From: Felis catus
Taxonomy: Eukaryota
Direction: 5' to 3'
Assembly: GCF_018350175.1 (NCBI RefSeq)
Contig: NC_058368.1
Location: forward strand, 20,400,001-20,464,000
Length of the DNA stretch: 64,000 nt
This document shows, piece by piece, positions 42,811-55,179 of this stretch. Every line of letters starts with the position of its first letter. The stretch's first letter is position 1. The notes below the pieces were generated by a model. That model saw nothing but the letters and a program-made list of their open reading frames with translations. It was not told where the DNA came from and ran no database searches. A program made the position numbers and the translations under genes.

Positions 42811-44234
42811 TACTATGAGCTCTTGGAAAATATCAATATATAAGTTATTACAATGTGACAATCCTTTATTGTCATGCTCCCTTTACGTATGGCCTCCAGA
42901 TCGTCCCATTTATTTGCAGCTTTACCCCAGATTAAATGGAAGCGTAGATCAGGTTACATTTGAAGTCTGCTGAATTCGGTCTTAAAGGGGCCTTCAAAGG
43001 AGTGTCAGAGCTATCGTTTGGTTTGACTCCCCATCTCCAGGCGTGCCTGGCTTCTGTATGTGATTTGTAAAGGTAAACTTGTCTTCACTTTGCAGTTCCT
43101 GGCGTTCCACCCCCTGAAAATCACAACTCCGTATTACACTGAGGGGAACTGCTGTTTGGGGAAGACAAACGACATTTTCATGATTAATCCATGCCTCGGG
43201 AACCAGTCCCAGAGGGAGGACTGAGAGCTGAGTCCAGTCTTCTGAGCTGTGTTCCTCCACTTGATCTGGATTTGTGGCCATTCAAAGCCACAGACCATGG
43301 CCTCCCTACAGCAGAACAAGGATACAGCAGGCTGTTGGTATGTGATCCTTTGGCCACATGGTGGCACTTCACGCCTAGTAATTCTGTTGGTCCTCTTTCC
43401 CTATCCCTGAAGGTTTGAAATTCAAACAGAAAGAGAAAGAAGCATGCCCTCTTAGAATGGCACAGGCACCGTTGCCAGAAAGCACAGGGTTCACGGAGGA
43501 AAAGGCTCAGCTCTTGCCGTTTTCCTCAGTTCTAAGGGGAAGGCTCTGGTCCCAAATGGAAAGACCAGGAGTTCTACACGCAAGAGCCCATTTTCCAGGT
43601 TGTTTTGTTTTTGTTTTTGTTTTTTTTCCCCCACAACACTGCACTAATTCCAGGTCCAAAGTAAAATGTCATCGACCAGTGTAGCAGATGAAAGAAAGGG
43701 GGCCCCCACGGGCCAGAGTTTGACTTTCTTAGAAAAAGATTTTTCTGAAGATACCACCTGACTTCAAGACAGCCCTCAGCTGCTGAAAAAAAGAATGGGA
43801 TTATTACCCACCATTTCAATTCTATGACTTAAGGATCTAAAAATAAATAAATAAATAAAATAAATAAATAAAACCCGAAAGGGATTATTACCCACTATTT
43901 TAATTATTTTCTTGGAGGTTATAGAGACTTGGGCCTGAGTTTGAATACCAGCTCTGACATTAACTAGTTTTGGAGCCTCAAGGAAGCTACTTAACTTTCT
44001 CTGTACCTCATTGTTGTCACTTTTAAGGGAGTTCATGATAATAGGACCTACTCTATAGGATTATGATAAGAATGAAATAATATTAAGTGGAACCAAATGA
44101 GATTGCCAGTATTCAAGTCTTTGGCCCACAGGAACAGCAATTTCATGTAGTTCATGCTTGGGCACATAGTGAGGCTTGGTAGAGTGAGCTATTACTATCA
44201 CAGCTTGCATGACAAGAAGTCAACAAGCACTTAT

Positions 44235-47200
44235 TGTGAATATTTAGAAATAAACCATGACAAATGAAAATGGAAGCATAGTGTGGGATGCAGCAAAAGC
44301 AGTACTAAGAGGGAAGTTCATAGCAATAAATACCTACATCAAGAGGCAAGAAAGATCCCCAGTAAACAACATAAGTCTATGACTTAAGGATCTAGAAAAA
44401 GAAGAACAAATGTGCTTAAAGTTAGCAGAAAAAAGGAAATAATAAAGAGTAGAGCAGAAATAAATGAAATAGAAAATGGAAAACAAAATAGAAAGATTAA
44501 CCAAACTGTAAATTGGTTCTTTGAAAAGATAAACAAAATTGACAAAGCCTTAACTAGACTAACCAAGGGGGAAAAACGAAAGGGCTCAAATCAACAAAAT
44601 TCTAAATGAAACAAGAGACATTATAATCAATACCACAGAAATTCAAAGGGTCATAAGAGATGACACAAATAACTGTATACTAACAAACTAGACAACCTAG
44701 AAGAAATGGACAAATTCTTAGAAATATACAACTTAACTGAGACTGAAGAAAGAAAGGAATAGAATAGAAAGAAATGAAGAAATAGAAAATCTGAATAGAC
44801 CAATTACTAGTCAGGAGATTAAATCAGTAATAAAAATTCTCCTGATGGAGAAAAGCCCAGGGCCCAATGGCTTCACTGGTTAATTCTACCAAACATTTAA
44901 ATAAAAATTAGCAACATTTTTCAAACTCTTCTAACATATTGAAGAGGAGGGAACACATTCAAACTCATTTTATGAGGCCAGCACCATCCTGATACCCAAA
45001 CCAGAAAAGGACACTATTAGAAAAATACATACATACATACTACAGGTCAATATCCTTGATATATATAGATGTAAAAATTATCAATAAAATATTGGCAAAT
45101 TGAATTTAGCAGCACATTAAAAGGATCATACACCATGATTAAGAGGGATTGATTCCTGGCATGCAAGTATGGTTCAAAATATGCAAATCAATATGACACA
45201 TCAAATTAACAGATTGAAACAAAAGAATTATATAATCATCTCAAGAGACACAGAAGAAGCATTTGAAAAATTCAACATTCATTCATGATAAAATCTCTTA
45301 ACAAATTAGGACAGAAGGAATATATTTCAACATAATAAAGGCATATATGAAAGACCACAGCTAACATCATGCCCAATGGTTAAAGGCTAGAAACTTCTTT
45401 TAATATCAGGAACAGAACAAGGATATCCACTCTCAACACTCTTCTTCAACATAGTACTGAAAGTCCTAGCCATAGCAACCAGGCAAGAAAAAGAAATGAC
45501 AGGTAAAAATATGTAAATAAAATAATAATAATAATAATAATGATAATAATAATAATAATAATACTTGGGAAATTATAAAGAATAAAAGGAAATAAAAGGG
45601 ATTCAAATTTTTTTTTTATTAAAAAAAAATTTTTTTTTTCAACGTTTTTTATTTTATTTTTGGGACAGAGAGAGACAGAGCCTGAACGGGGAGGGGCAGA
45701 GAGAGAGGGAGACACAGAATCGGAAACAGGCTCCAGGCTCTGAGCCATCAGCCCAGAGCCTGACGCAGGGCTCGAACTCACCGCGAGATCGTGACCTGGC
45801 TGAAGTCGGACGCTTAACCAACTGCGCCACCCAGGCGCCCCAAAAGGGATTCAAATTGAAAAGGCAGAAGTAAAATTGTGTCTATTTGCAGATGATATTT
45901 TATATATAGAAAATTTGAAAGACTCAACTAAAAATCTATTAGACTTAATCAATGAATTCAGTAAAGTTGTAGGATATAAAACTAGCATACAAAAATCAGT
46001 AGCATTTCTATATGCTAACAATAAATTTTCTGAAAAAGAAATAAATTCATTTCATTTACAATAGCACCAAAAATAATAAAATATATAGGAATAAATTGAA
46101 AGAAATGAAAGATCTCTACTTTGAAAACTACAAGACACTGATGAAGGAAATAAAAAAAAACCACAAATAAATGGAAAGATTGACTATGTTCATGGATTTG
46201 AAGAAATAATACTGTTAAAATGTGAATACTACCAAAACCCATCTATAGATTCAATGAAATCCTTGTCAAGATTCCAATGGCAGTTTTTACAAAAGGAGAA
46301 AAACACTCCTAAAACTTACATGGAACCACCAAAAACCCCAAATTGCTAAAGAAATCCCAAGAAAGATGAGCAGAACAGGAGGCATCCCATTTCCTGACTT
46401 CAAGCTCTACTATAAAGCTATAGTCACCAAAACAGTATGGTATTGGCATAAAAACAGACAAATAAGCCCATGAAACAGAATCAAGAGCCCAGAAATAAAC
46501 CCAAGCATGTATAGTCAACTGATATTTGACAAGGGAGCCAAGAGTACTTAATGGAGAAAAGACAGTCTTTTCTATAAATGGTGCTGGGATAACTGGATAT
46601 TCACATGTACAGGGATGAAAATGGATCTACATTCCACACCACCCACAAAATTTACTCAGATGGATTGAAGACTTATACATAATACCTGAAATCATGAAAC
46701 TCCTAGAAGAAAACATAGGAACAAAGCACCTTGACATTGATCTTGGTGATAATGTTTTTAGATGTGACATTTAAAACCCTTAAACACAAACAACAAAATA
46801 AAAAATGAACAAGAGAAACGACATCAAACTAAAAAGCACACAAAAAGAAGTCATCAACCAAGTGAAAAGACAGCCTGCAGCATGGGAAAAATATTTGCAA
46901 ACTATACATCTGATAAAGGGTTAATATCCAAAATATATAAAGAATTCATACAACTCAACAGGAAAAAACTCAAACAATCCAATTAAAAAATGGGCGAAGG
47001 ATCTGAAGAGACACTTTGCCAAAGAAGATGTATAAAAGGCCAACAGGTACCTGGAAAGATGCTGAACACCACTAAGCAACAGGGAAATGCAAATTAAAAC
47101 CACAGTGAGGTAGCACCTCATGTCTGTTAGAATGGCTATTATCAAAAAGACAGGGGGTGATAAATGCTGGCGAGGGTGAGGCTAATGGGAACCTGTAGAG

Positions 47201-47423
47201 CTGCAGTGGAAAACAGTATGGAGAATCCTCAAAAAATTAAAAATGGTACTACCAAATCATCCAGCAATTCCATTTCTGGGAATATATCCAATGGATATGA
47301 AAACAATAACTTGAAAAGATAACCGAACCCTGCTGTTCATAGCAGCATTATTTACAATGGCCAACTCATGGAAACAACCTAAGGGTCCATCAATGGATGA
47401 GTGGGTAAAGAAGTTGTGTTGTG

Positions 47424-47462
<39 letters not shown>

Positions 47463-48029
47463 GGAATATTACTCAAACATTAAAAACAAGGAAATCCTAA
47501 CATTTGCAAAAACATGGATCGTCCTAATATGGCATTAAGCTATGTGAAATAAGCCAGACAAAGAAAGACAAATGCTGTATGATCTCACATTTATGTAAAA
47601 TCTTAAAAACAACAACAACAACAAAACCTCCTAGAAAAAGAGATCAGACTTAATGATTACCAAAAGTGGAGGATGGAGGGAGGCGAAACTGGAAGAAGAA
47701 GGTGGTCCAAAGGTACAAATTTCAGTTATGAGATAAATAAGCACTAGGGGTGTAAGTTACAACATGATGATGGTAACTAACACTGCTAGACAGCATATAG
47801 GAAAATTGTTCAAGGGGTATATCCTGTGAATTATCATCACAAGAAAAAAATTGTCTTCCTTTTTTATTTTCTTCTTTTTATTGTATCTCTATGAGAAGTG
47901 GCTGTTAGCTGACCCTGTTGTGGTGATCATTTCAGATGATATATAAATCATCCCATCACGCTGTATACCTTAAACTTCTCTTGTGATGTATGCCAATTAT
48001 TCCTCAATAAAACTGCCAAAAAAAAAAAG
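44235..48029 (+). mobile_element. About 3.8-kb 5'-truncated old L1 (ORF2 RT region and 3' UTR), many stops and frameshifts
   Basis: tgggatgcagcaaaagcagtactaagagggaag start, WFFEKINKIDK and LFADD RT motif near 45880, AATAAA plus A tail at 48006-48029. Confidence 0.95.
45610..45841 (-). mobile_element. Young SINEC_Fc inserted in L1
   Basis: Perfect TSD aaaagggattcaaatt at 45594 and 45842. Confidence 0.95.
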
Positions 48030-51000
48030 CCATCACCCTGTCTTCTGGAAATATTTTCCTGAAGATTCTTATTGCTAAGTACCCTATTCAGCTGCCGTAT
48101 GCTAAAATTCCAAATATGAAAATATGCCTGAAAGAAATCTGGCTCTGTTTCACAGCCCTACCTGTAGCCAAGTAATCTCTACCTCAGGCTGTCAATGAGA
48201 TATTAGTCCCACTGGGAGGAAATCAAGGCCAACGTCGCGGCACCCATGGTGTGAGTAAAGGAAAGCGATGCAGAACTCACCCCTCCAAGAGAGCGCCCTG
48301 TACCTTGGGCTGATACTGAAATTCCTCCTCGGTCTCTCTGATGCACTCACATCAAAGTTTATCTCTTCTATGTTCCAGTGCCTCTTAGCAAGCCAGGTGA
48401 ATACTAGCTAATGCCAGTTTCTCCCTCTCGGGCTCACCAAAAGTAAGGCAGCTACACCCCTAGAAATGCAAAAACAAACACAAACCAGATAATGGTGATA
48501 TTTTATCAGAGAAAATCGTCCTCCCACATCCTCTTTCCTTTGCTTCTTGCAGCTCTTTCCTCAACCTGTACAGATTGGTCTAGAGAACTCCCTATGGTAT
48601 CTCACCTTCCCCCTTGTCATGTGCAAAATGAAAACTTGTGCTTCTCATTATACATAAGTCACAGACTGTAGACCACAAGAGATGAGAGTGTCTTGCAGGG
48701 CCTCATTGTGTATCACAGAAGATGTGTAAAGGAGCATGCATTTACAGACAGGCGTCTAACTTGGGGAATGAGTTTCTTCAATGCACCAAATGGGCTAAAA
48801 GTTAAGAAGCCAGATGCAGAAGAGAACATGCTGCATGGCTTAATTTATACGAAGTTCTGAAGTTCAAGAGCCAGCAAAACTAATCTATGAGGATCATCGG
48901 AACGGTAATTGCGGGTGGTGGGGCTGATTGAGAAGGTATGAGGTATGTGATGCTGGAGAAGGTTTGTCTTTTTATGTCGGTGGGATTCTGTGAACTACAC
49001 AGGTGTAGACACTTGCCAAAGCTCACAGAACTGCACCCTGAAGACCAAAAGAAATAGCAGTGAGAAGTGGCCCCCAGAAAAACAATGACAGTCAGGGTAG
49101 GAGGCCCCTTTTGTCATGGAAGAGAGGAGGGAAGTCCCTCACTGGGCTGTCGATGCAATTGAAAAACATATAAAACGTCAGCCAACTTTCCAGGCAGTTT
49201 CAACATCCAGGGACGGTTTTTCTCCACGCATACACTGCCTATGTCTTTTCAAATGTTTACAGAGTATTTACAAAAAGTAGTCCTTTGGGTGGCGGTTGTA
49301 ATTAGGAAAACTGGCAGTGAAAATTAACACATACCATACAAGAGAGATAATCGCTTCTCTGCCATATACAATATTGTTATCAAATGGTATTCGCCAAGGA
49401 ATCCAATTGGTCCATACAAGCTCAATCTCGTTGTTCTAGGAAAGATCGCCCCTTCCTTGTTACCCTTGAGGACGAAGCTGCCGCAGCCCACGAATGATAT
49501 GCCATATGGCACTTAACATCAGAATCGGAATGAGCTTGTGCTTTTTGTGTGAGATACTGAAATTTATTAGAAAATCAGAAAGCCTAATTTCCACCAAGTT
49601 CCTGAGACCTGCCATCTGCTTCGTGAGAAAGAAAATGGGGATTTTTTTTTTTTTTTTAACCATTTACTTATTGTGAAATGGAAGAGTGCTGGCGTGTTTG
49701 AAAAAGGAGGGTTGAGGGCTGGGGGTGCAAAAGAGAGAGCCAGAGCAAGCCCACTTGGCAGGGGAGAAAGAAGACTGTCAGCTGAATGGTGGCAGAGGCC
49801 TGGGAGGCATAATTATGGAAATCACCTCTTCCAGAGCCTTTTTTTCTCCTCCTGAGCACATGTTCCTTCCACACAGGAATAGCACAGAGAAAGGGCAGCT
49901 TTTGAGAACAGCAGTCTCCATTGCAGAAAGGAAGAAGAAGGGTCTTAAATAAGTACCCGTCTGTCTATTAGGTCTTTCCATGGAGGGGATAGTGTGAGGA
50001 AGACAGGAGGAGGGTGACAGACAAGGGAGCCCGCAAGGCCTACTGGGTGGGGAGGCAAGGAGAGCTTTCTAAGGGGGCTGCAGAAAGAGGGGGAGGCGAG
50101 ACGGGAGACGGATCTGAGTGGGGGTGGGGAAGGAGAGCCTGCTGAGAGGGGAGAGATCTTTCAACATCGTCTGGAATTTGGCTGTATGTGTTGGGTGTTG
50201 GGGATACAAAGATACGGATGCCTTGTGCTTTAAGGAGGGCATGTCAGATGTCTGGGCATTCGTTTCAGAGGAACGCCTGCGCGCCTGGCATGGTAGGCTC
50301 ATGAGATGCTGCCATGACATGTGTCACATCCATGTGGCTGTCCTACACCCTCCGTAGAGCGGAGCAGTGCAATCTCGAGGGCTTACCCAACCCCTTGATC
50401 CTGTTGTATTTACTTCTACTCTTGTTTTTACACCAAAGCTGGCGTGTCTGTGGGCACTGCCGTAGGCAGTTCACCTTGGTGACTGTGTTTCTCACCTCTG
50501 ATCACAACCCTGAGGAAATAGACGCCCTAGGAAATAGGTTACCAGAGCCTGAACGGAGTGGGGATGGGGATGCAGGTAAGGCTCTAAGGCACCAGGGAAT
50601 CTCATGTTATAGAGTCAAGTTCTGGTCAAGGCAGGGCCATTTTTGGACCAGGTCCAAGGGGGTTTAATTAAAGAAGAACTAAAAAGAACTCTCAAAAGTA
50701 ATGCCATCTGCAAGGCAGTCTTCCAGCAGGATCCCAGGGGCATCCTGAAAGTCGGGTTCAGGGTTCTAAGAGTGGTCTGGGGCCACAGGGCCCCCTGACC
50801 GGCCACCTGAGAACACATCCCCATCTCAGGCTCTGTACTCCGGAGGTGCTCACCGTGGTGACACCACACAGATAGATGACTGTGATCTGTCACCTGAAAG
50901 GATGAATGACTTAGCAATAGCCTCCTGGGCTTCCGGAATCCTGGCCTCCCACTTAGGCCAAGCTAGGAAAGGATGCGTCAGAGAGAATTAGATGCCAACT

Positions 51001-51577
51001 TCTCCGTGGGGGAACCGAGTGGGAGAAGGAGCCAAGTAAGGTTTTGAGTTTGCAGCAAGATGAGGTGGGAAGCAAAAATTAGTCCCAGAGCCCAGCATGA
51101 CGAGGATGTGCTCATCCTCGGAGCCTTCTCCCACATGAGGGGGGCAGACCGGTGAGGGCTGTCACCTCCCCCGGGGGCCCTGCTGGGCTCTGCTGGCTCC
51201 AGGCCCTGGGGCTCCGAGCTGCCGGCATGGTGCTGTTTTGTGTTGGTACCTCTGGGAGAAGTTCAAGTTTCAGGCTGAATCCCTAAGGAATTAGTAATGG
51301 GGTTATGCACCCCGCGGGGAACCTGGCTGCGGGTCCCATGCAGCAGCTGGTGGGGGCAGCCTTACTTTTTGCTCCCTTGGTGACTAAGAACTCAACAGTT
51401 AGCTCCTTGCCTGAAGGCCAGTGAACAGCTCCTGATTTCCCTGTGGATGCCCAGACGCTACAAGACAGGCTTCTGGGGTTGCCAGGGGTTCTTGTGAATG
51501 ATTGGGGGCTGCCTGATAGTCAGGAGCTTGGTGCTCCCCCACGACTGTTTTTGCCTGAAGGCAGCTGCTGCAGCAAC

Positions 51578-51580
51578 ATG
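51578..51580 (+). CDS. GUCY1B2: GUCY1B2 first coding exon (initiator ATG only)
   Basis: gcaacATG|gtaaga: A at -3 and a strong donor directly after the ATG. In-frame upstream TGA at 51422. sGC beta genes have an intron right after Met1. Joins in phase 0 to YGFINT. Confidence 0.75.
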
Positions 51581-51624
51581 GTAAGACCCTCTCCGCATCC
51601 TCTGTCCTCACTTCCCCTCGGCTT

Positions 51625-52035
51625 CCATTTGTTGAACACCGATTGTTATCTAAGAAAAATGGCTATCATTTCCTGAGCATTCGCTACGTGTTAAGTGCCT
51701 CACCCCTATGCTCTCATTTAATCCTTGCTACGACCCATTGAGGAAGGGGCCACTGTTATGCCAGTTTCCAGAGGAAACAACTGAGGATGAATGAGATTTG
51801 CTGAAGGTCCAGGGTCAAGCAGCTGCTAAAATGTTGGGGGGGGGGGACTATCCACCTGGGTAGCTGGAATCAACACTCTATAATCCTAAGAACAGTACTA
51901 CAAGAGAGTAAGCACTATTATTTCACTTTAGCTCTTAAGCAGACAGGGCTCAGAGAGGTTAGGTAATTTACCCAAAGCCACGAAGCTGTAAGGCCCAGAG
52001 ACTGAAAGCCATCTGGCTCCAGAGTGCAAGCTATT
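51625..52035 (-). mobile_element. MIR fragments in GUCY1B2 intron 1
   Basis: MIR core motifs ctcatttaatcct, cagaggaaacaactgagg and ggctcagagaggttaggtaatttacccaaagccac. Confidence 0.6.
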
Positions 52036-53731
52036 TCCTCTAAGCCGCACCCCCTCTCTGGGCTGAGGCTGTATTACATGATGGGGCTCCCTCCCCCAGC
52101 CAACAGATGGCAGGCCCCGGGGAGCTGGATTGGATATGGAACATGCAGAGATCTTTACAGGAGAAACACTTAGCTAAACTTAACATTTTCTGACTTTTTT
52201 AAAAAAGGAAACGATTACTTCTTTTGAACACTGATGTTTCTTAAAGGTACCATAGCTACTATCCAAGCGGCCCTCAAAAGATTCGGATGCCGCCAGCCAA
52301 TGAGCGTCCCGACCTGCTTGACGATCTAACTAGTTTAATGGTGGTAGTTCCTGAGTGTTAGAGAATTTGCGTGCTATTTGTCATTCTCCCCCATTCGAAT
52401 CGGGCCCTCCAATGTAGAAAGAGTATGTCTTAGCGAGACTATCTGTGAGCTGGTGTGTGAGAAGCAAATACAAAAGACCTCTGACGTGTGCAGGACCAGT
52501 CTGTTATTTGTCTCTTTTTGGTCTCTCCAGGGGCAGAGACAGTCCTCCGATGGTAGCATTTAAGGGAAAGGCATATTTATAACTCGCAGAGGGTGAGAGG
52601 GCTGCTCTCTGACCTAAATGCTCGGAGCCCCCAAATGCTTATCTATGCCACTGGCTTCAGAGACCATTGAACGCCTAAGACCAAGTGCTGAAGTGCATGT
52701 CCCAGTGACCCTAAATTCATTGAATTTTGAGATACATTATCCCACATGGTTATAACCCACCAGCAGACCTCTGGGTTCCCTTGTGCCTTGGTTTTCTTTG
52801 TCATACACTAGGAGGCTTAGGCAGCAGGCAAGATATTTTCATTGGCCTCCGCGCTCTTCTGCAAACATTGCTAGGATAAACAGTTGCTATCTTTGTTAAC
52901 ATTGAATTGATTTTAAACGCCTGGAGGTATTTAAAAACTTTCATGGCTTTCAAACTCGAGGCTTTCGTTCAGTACTTATTTTTTTCTATAAGAATGTATC
53001 AAATATCTACTCAGTGTCAGGTACCATCTTGGTACTTTAGTTGAAATACAGATCAATTACAGCTACACCCCGAGGAACTTACAATTTAGCAAAGGAGAGG
53101 GGAAAATATATGTAAAAATGATGTGCGTGTGTGTGTGTGTGTGGGGGGGTTGATAGATACATAGATAGATAAATAGGAAATATGTATGTGCACATGCGAT
53201 ATGACATAATATAACATCCATAACATAATATAACAACCCTGTGGTGATGACGACAAGGAGAGTCCAGCGGTGAATCTGGGACACAGGGAACGCCAGCCAG
53301 TATCTGACAGAGGAACAGGGATGGGTTCTAGAGACAAGGCAACAACCGAGCCAAGGCTTGCCACAGAGTGACTGAGCAAAAGGGCAGGAAACACCATCAG
53401 AGAAGTGCCCTCCGTATCTGGGGAGAAGAGAAAGGCATTTTGGGTAAGCCTAAAGCAGCAGTGGTAGGGATAATGGAAACATGAATTCAGAGGCTTCTAG
53501 AGAGTGCTTTGAATGGCAGACTACAGAGTGGTCTTGTAAATGAGTCACACACATGTGGTGGACAGGTAGAGCCAAGAAGAGGTGGAGTGAAGGGAAAAGA
53601 CTACAGTTTGCTGTGGAACTGAAAACACAGCCAAGCATGGCGTCCATTCCGTTTCCGGAAAGAACTGTCAGAGCTCAGACCCCTCTCCTTCCTGTTGGCA
53701 CTGGCCTCTTTTCCTTTAAGGAACCCCCATA

Positions 53732-53967
53732 GGGGCGCCTGGGTGGCGCAGTCGGTTAAGCGTCCGACTTCAGCCAGGTCACAATCTCGCGGTCCGTGAG
53801 TTCGAGCCCCGCGTCGGGCTCTGGGCTGATGGCTCAGAGCCTGGAGCCTGTTTCCGATTCTGTGTCTCCCTCTCTCTCTGCCCCTCGCCCGTTCATGCTC
53901 TGTCTCTCTCTGTCCCAAAAATAAATAAACGTTGAAAAAAATTTTTTTTTAAAAAAATAAAAAAAAA
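53732..53967 (+). mobile_element. Young SINEC_Fc
   Basis: Diagnostic head. TSD aag(g/a)aacccccata at 53718 and 53968. Confidence 0.95.
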
Positions 53968-54570
53968 AAGAAACCCCCATATATAAACCTCCAGACTTAT
54001 AAGTCTTGGGCCTGATATTTGTGAGAGAGATTCTCACAAATATTTGTGAGAGGATTCTTTATTTTATGAAGATGTTTTTAAAAATGGAATTCCTTTGATG
54101 TTTTCAAATATAATCCAGTCACCACAGCCCTCAGTTTAGGTGTCCCCATGCTGTGGAGACGGGTGGCCTACATGGGCTGCACTGCCCTTCCCCAGGCAGA
54201 GGTATTTATAAGCCCTTTTTTATTTAAAAAGTTTTTTTTTTTTTTTTTATCTGACGAAGGGAAAAAGGAAGATAACAGATTAAGGGGCACACCAGGTAGA
54301 AAACTGTTAATCCCATTGTTCTTTCTTTATTATTGTTTTTATCCTCTCTTTATTTTCCTTCACATTTTATATCTTCTTCCACAAACATGCCCATCCCTGA
54401 CTTACTTTTATAAAGGAAATTGTCCTTTCACTGCCTTTGTGACATGATATGACACGAGTGCCCTTCCTCATCCTCAGCTCTAACCCCCAACCCCATGCAC
54501 CTGTTGTGTTTTTGAACTCTTTGTTCTAACCAAAGGATTTCCTTTTTTGGAGACGATTACCTGGAACCTC

Positions 54571-54611
54571 TTTTTTTTTTTTTTTTAATTTAAACCCAAG
54601 TTAGTTAACAT
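54571..54611 (-). mobile_element. Extremely truncated L1 3' end (poly-A plus about 25 nt)
   Basis: T16 followed by aatttaaacccaagttagttaacat, which matches the 3' end of the L1 at 62421-62446 in this window. ggaacctct is duplicated at 54563 and 54618. Confidence 0.7.
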
Positions 54612-54629
54612 CTACAAGGAACCTCTTCT

Positions 54630-54848
54630 TTTTTTTTTTTTCTTCAACGTTCATTTATTTTTGGGACAGAGAGAGACAGAGCATGAACGGGGGAGGGGCA
54701 GAGAGAGAGGGAGACACAGAATCGGAAACAGGCTCCAGGCTCTGATTCCATCAGCCCAGAGCCCGACGCGGGGCTCGAACTCACGGACCACGAGATCGTG
54801 ACCTGGCTGAAGTCGGACGCTTAACCGACTGCGCCACCCAGGCGCCCC
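54630..54848 (-). mobile_element. Young SINEC_Fc
   Basis: Perfect 17-bp TSD tacaaggaacctcttct at 54613 and 54849. Confidence 0.95.
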
Positions 54849-55105
54849 TACAAGGAACCTCTTCTAATTCTAGTCTGATTTCAAATTTAGCTCCTTAGGT
54901 TTTCTCTATGGAAATGGCTTCCCTTTAAGTTGGGAGAAAAAGCATAACTATCAAAGAAGTAAACTCAGGAGAAACAGGGAAAAGGTGTAATTCATTTCTT
55001 CCAGAAGATGCCTTTGCAGTTCTCCTAAAAGACACCATTCAGATGTCTACGCCTGGGGATTTCATGCTTCATTATCCCTATTTTCCCTCTCGTTTTGTGT
55101 TCTAG

Positions 55106-55179
55106 TATGGATTTATCAACACCTGTCTTCAATCTCTTGTGATAGAGAAATTTGGTGAAGAGACCTGGGAAAAACTGAA
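55106..55179 (+). CDS. GUCY1B2: GUCY1B2 coding exon 2, N-terminus of the H-NOX heme domain (YGFINTCLQSLVIEKFGEETWEKL)
   Basis: Acceptor ttttgtgttctag, 74 nt, donor AA|gtaagt at 55180. The peptide matches the recalled rodent sGC beta-2 N-terminus MYGFINTCLQSLVTEKFGEETWEKLK. No further exon was found in the window. Confidence 0.92.
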
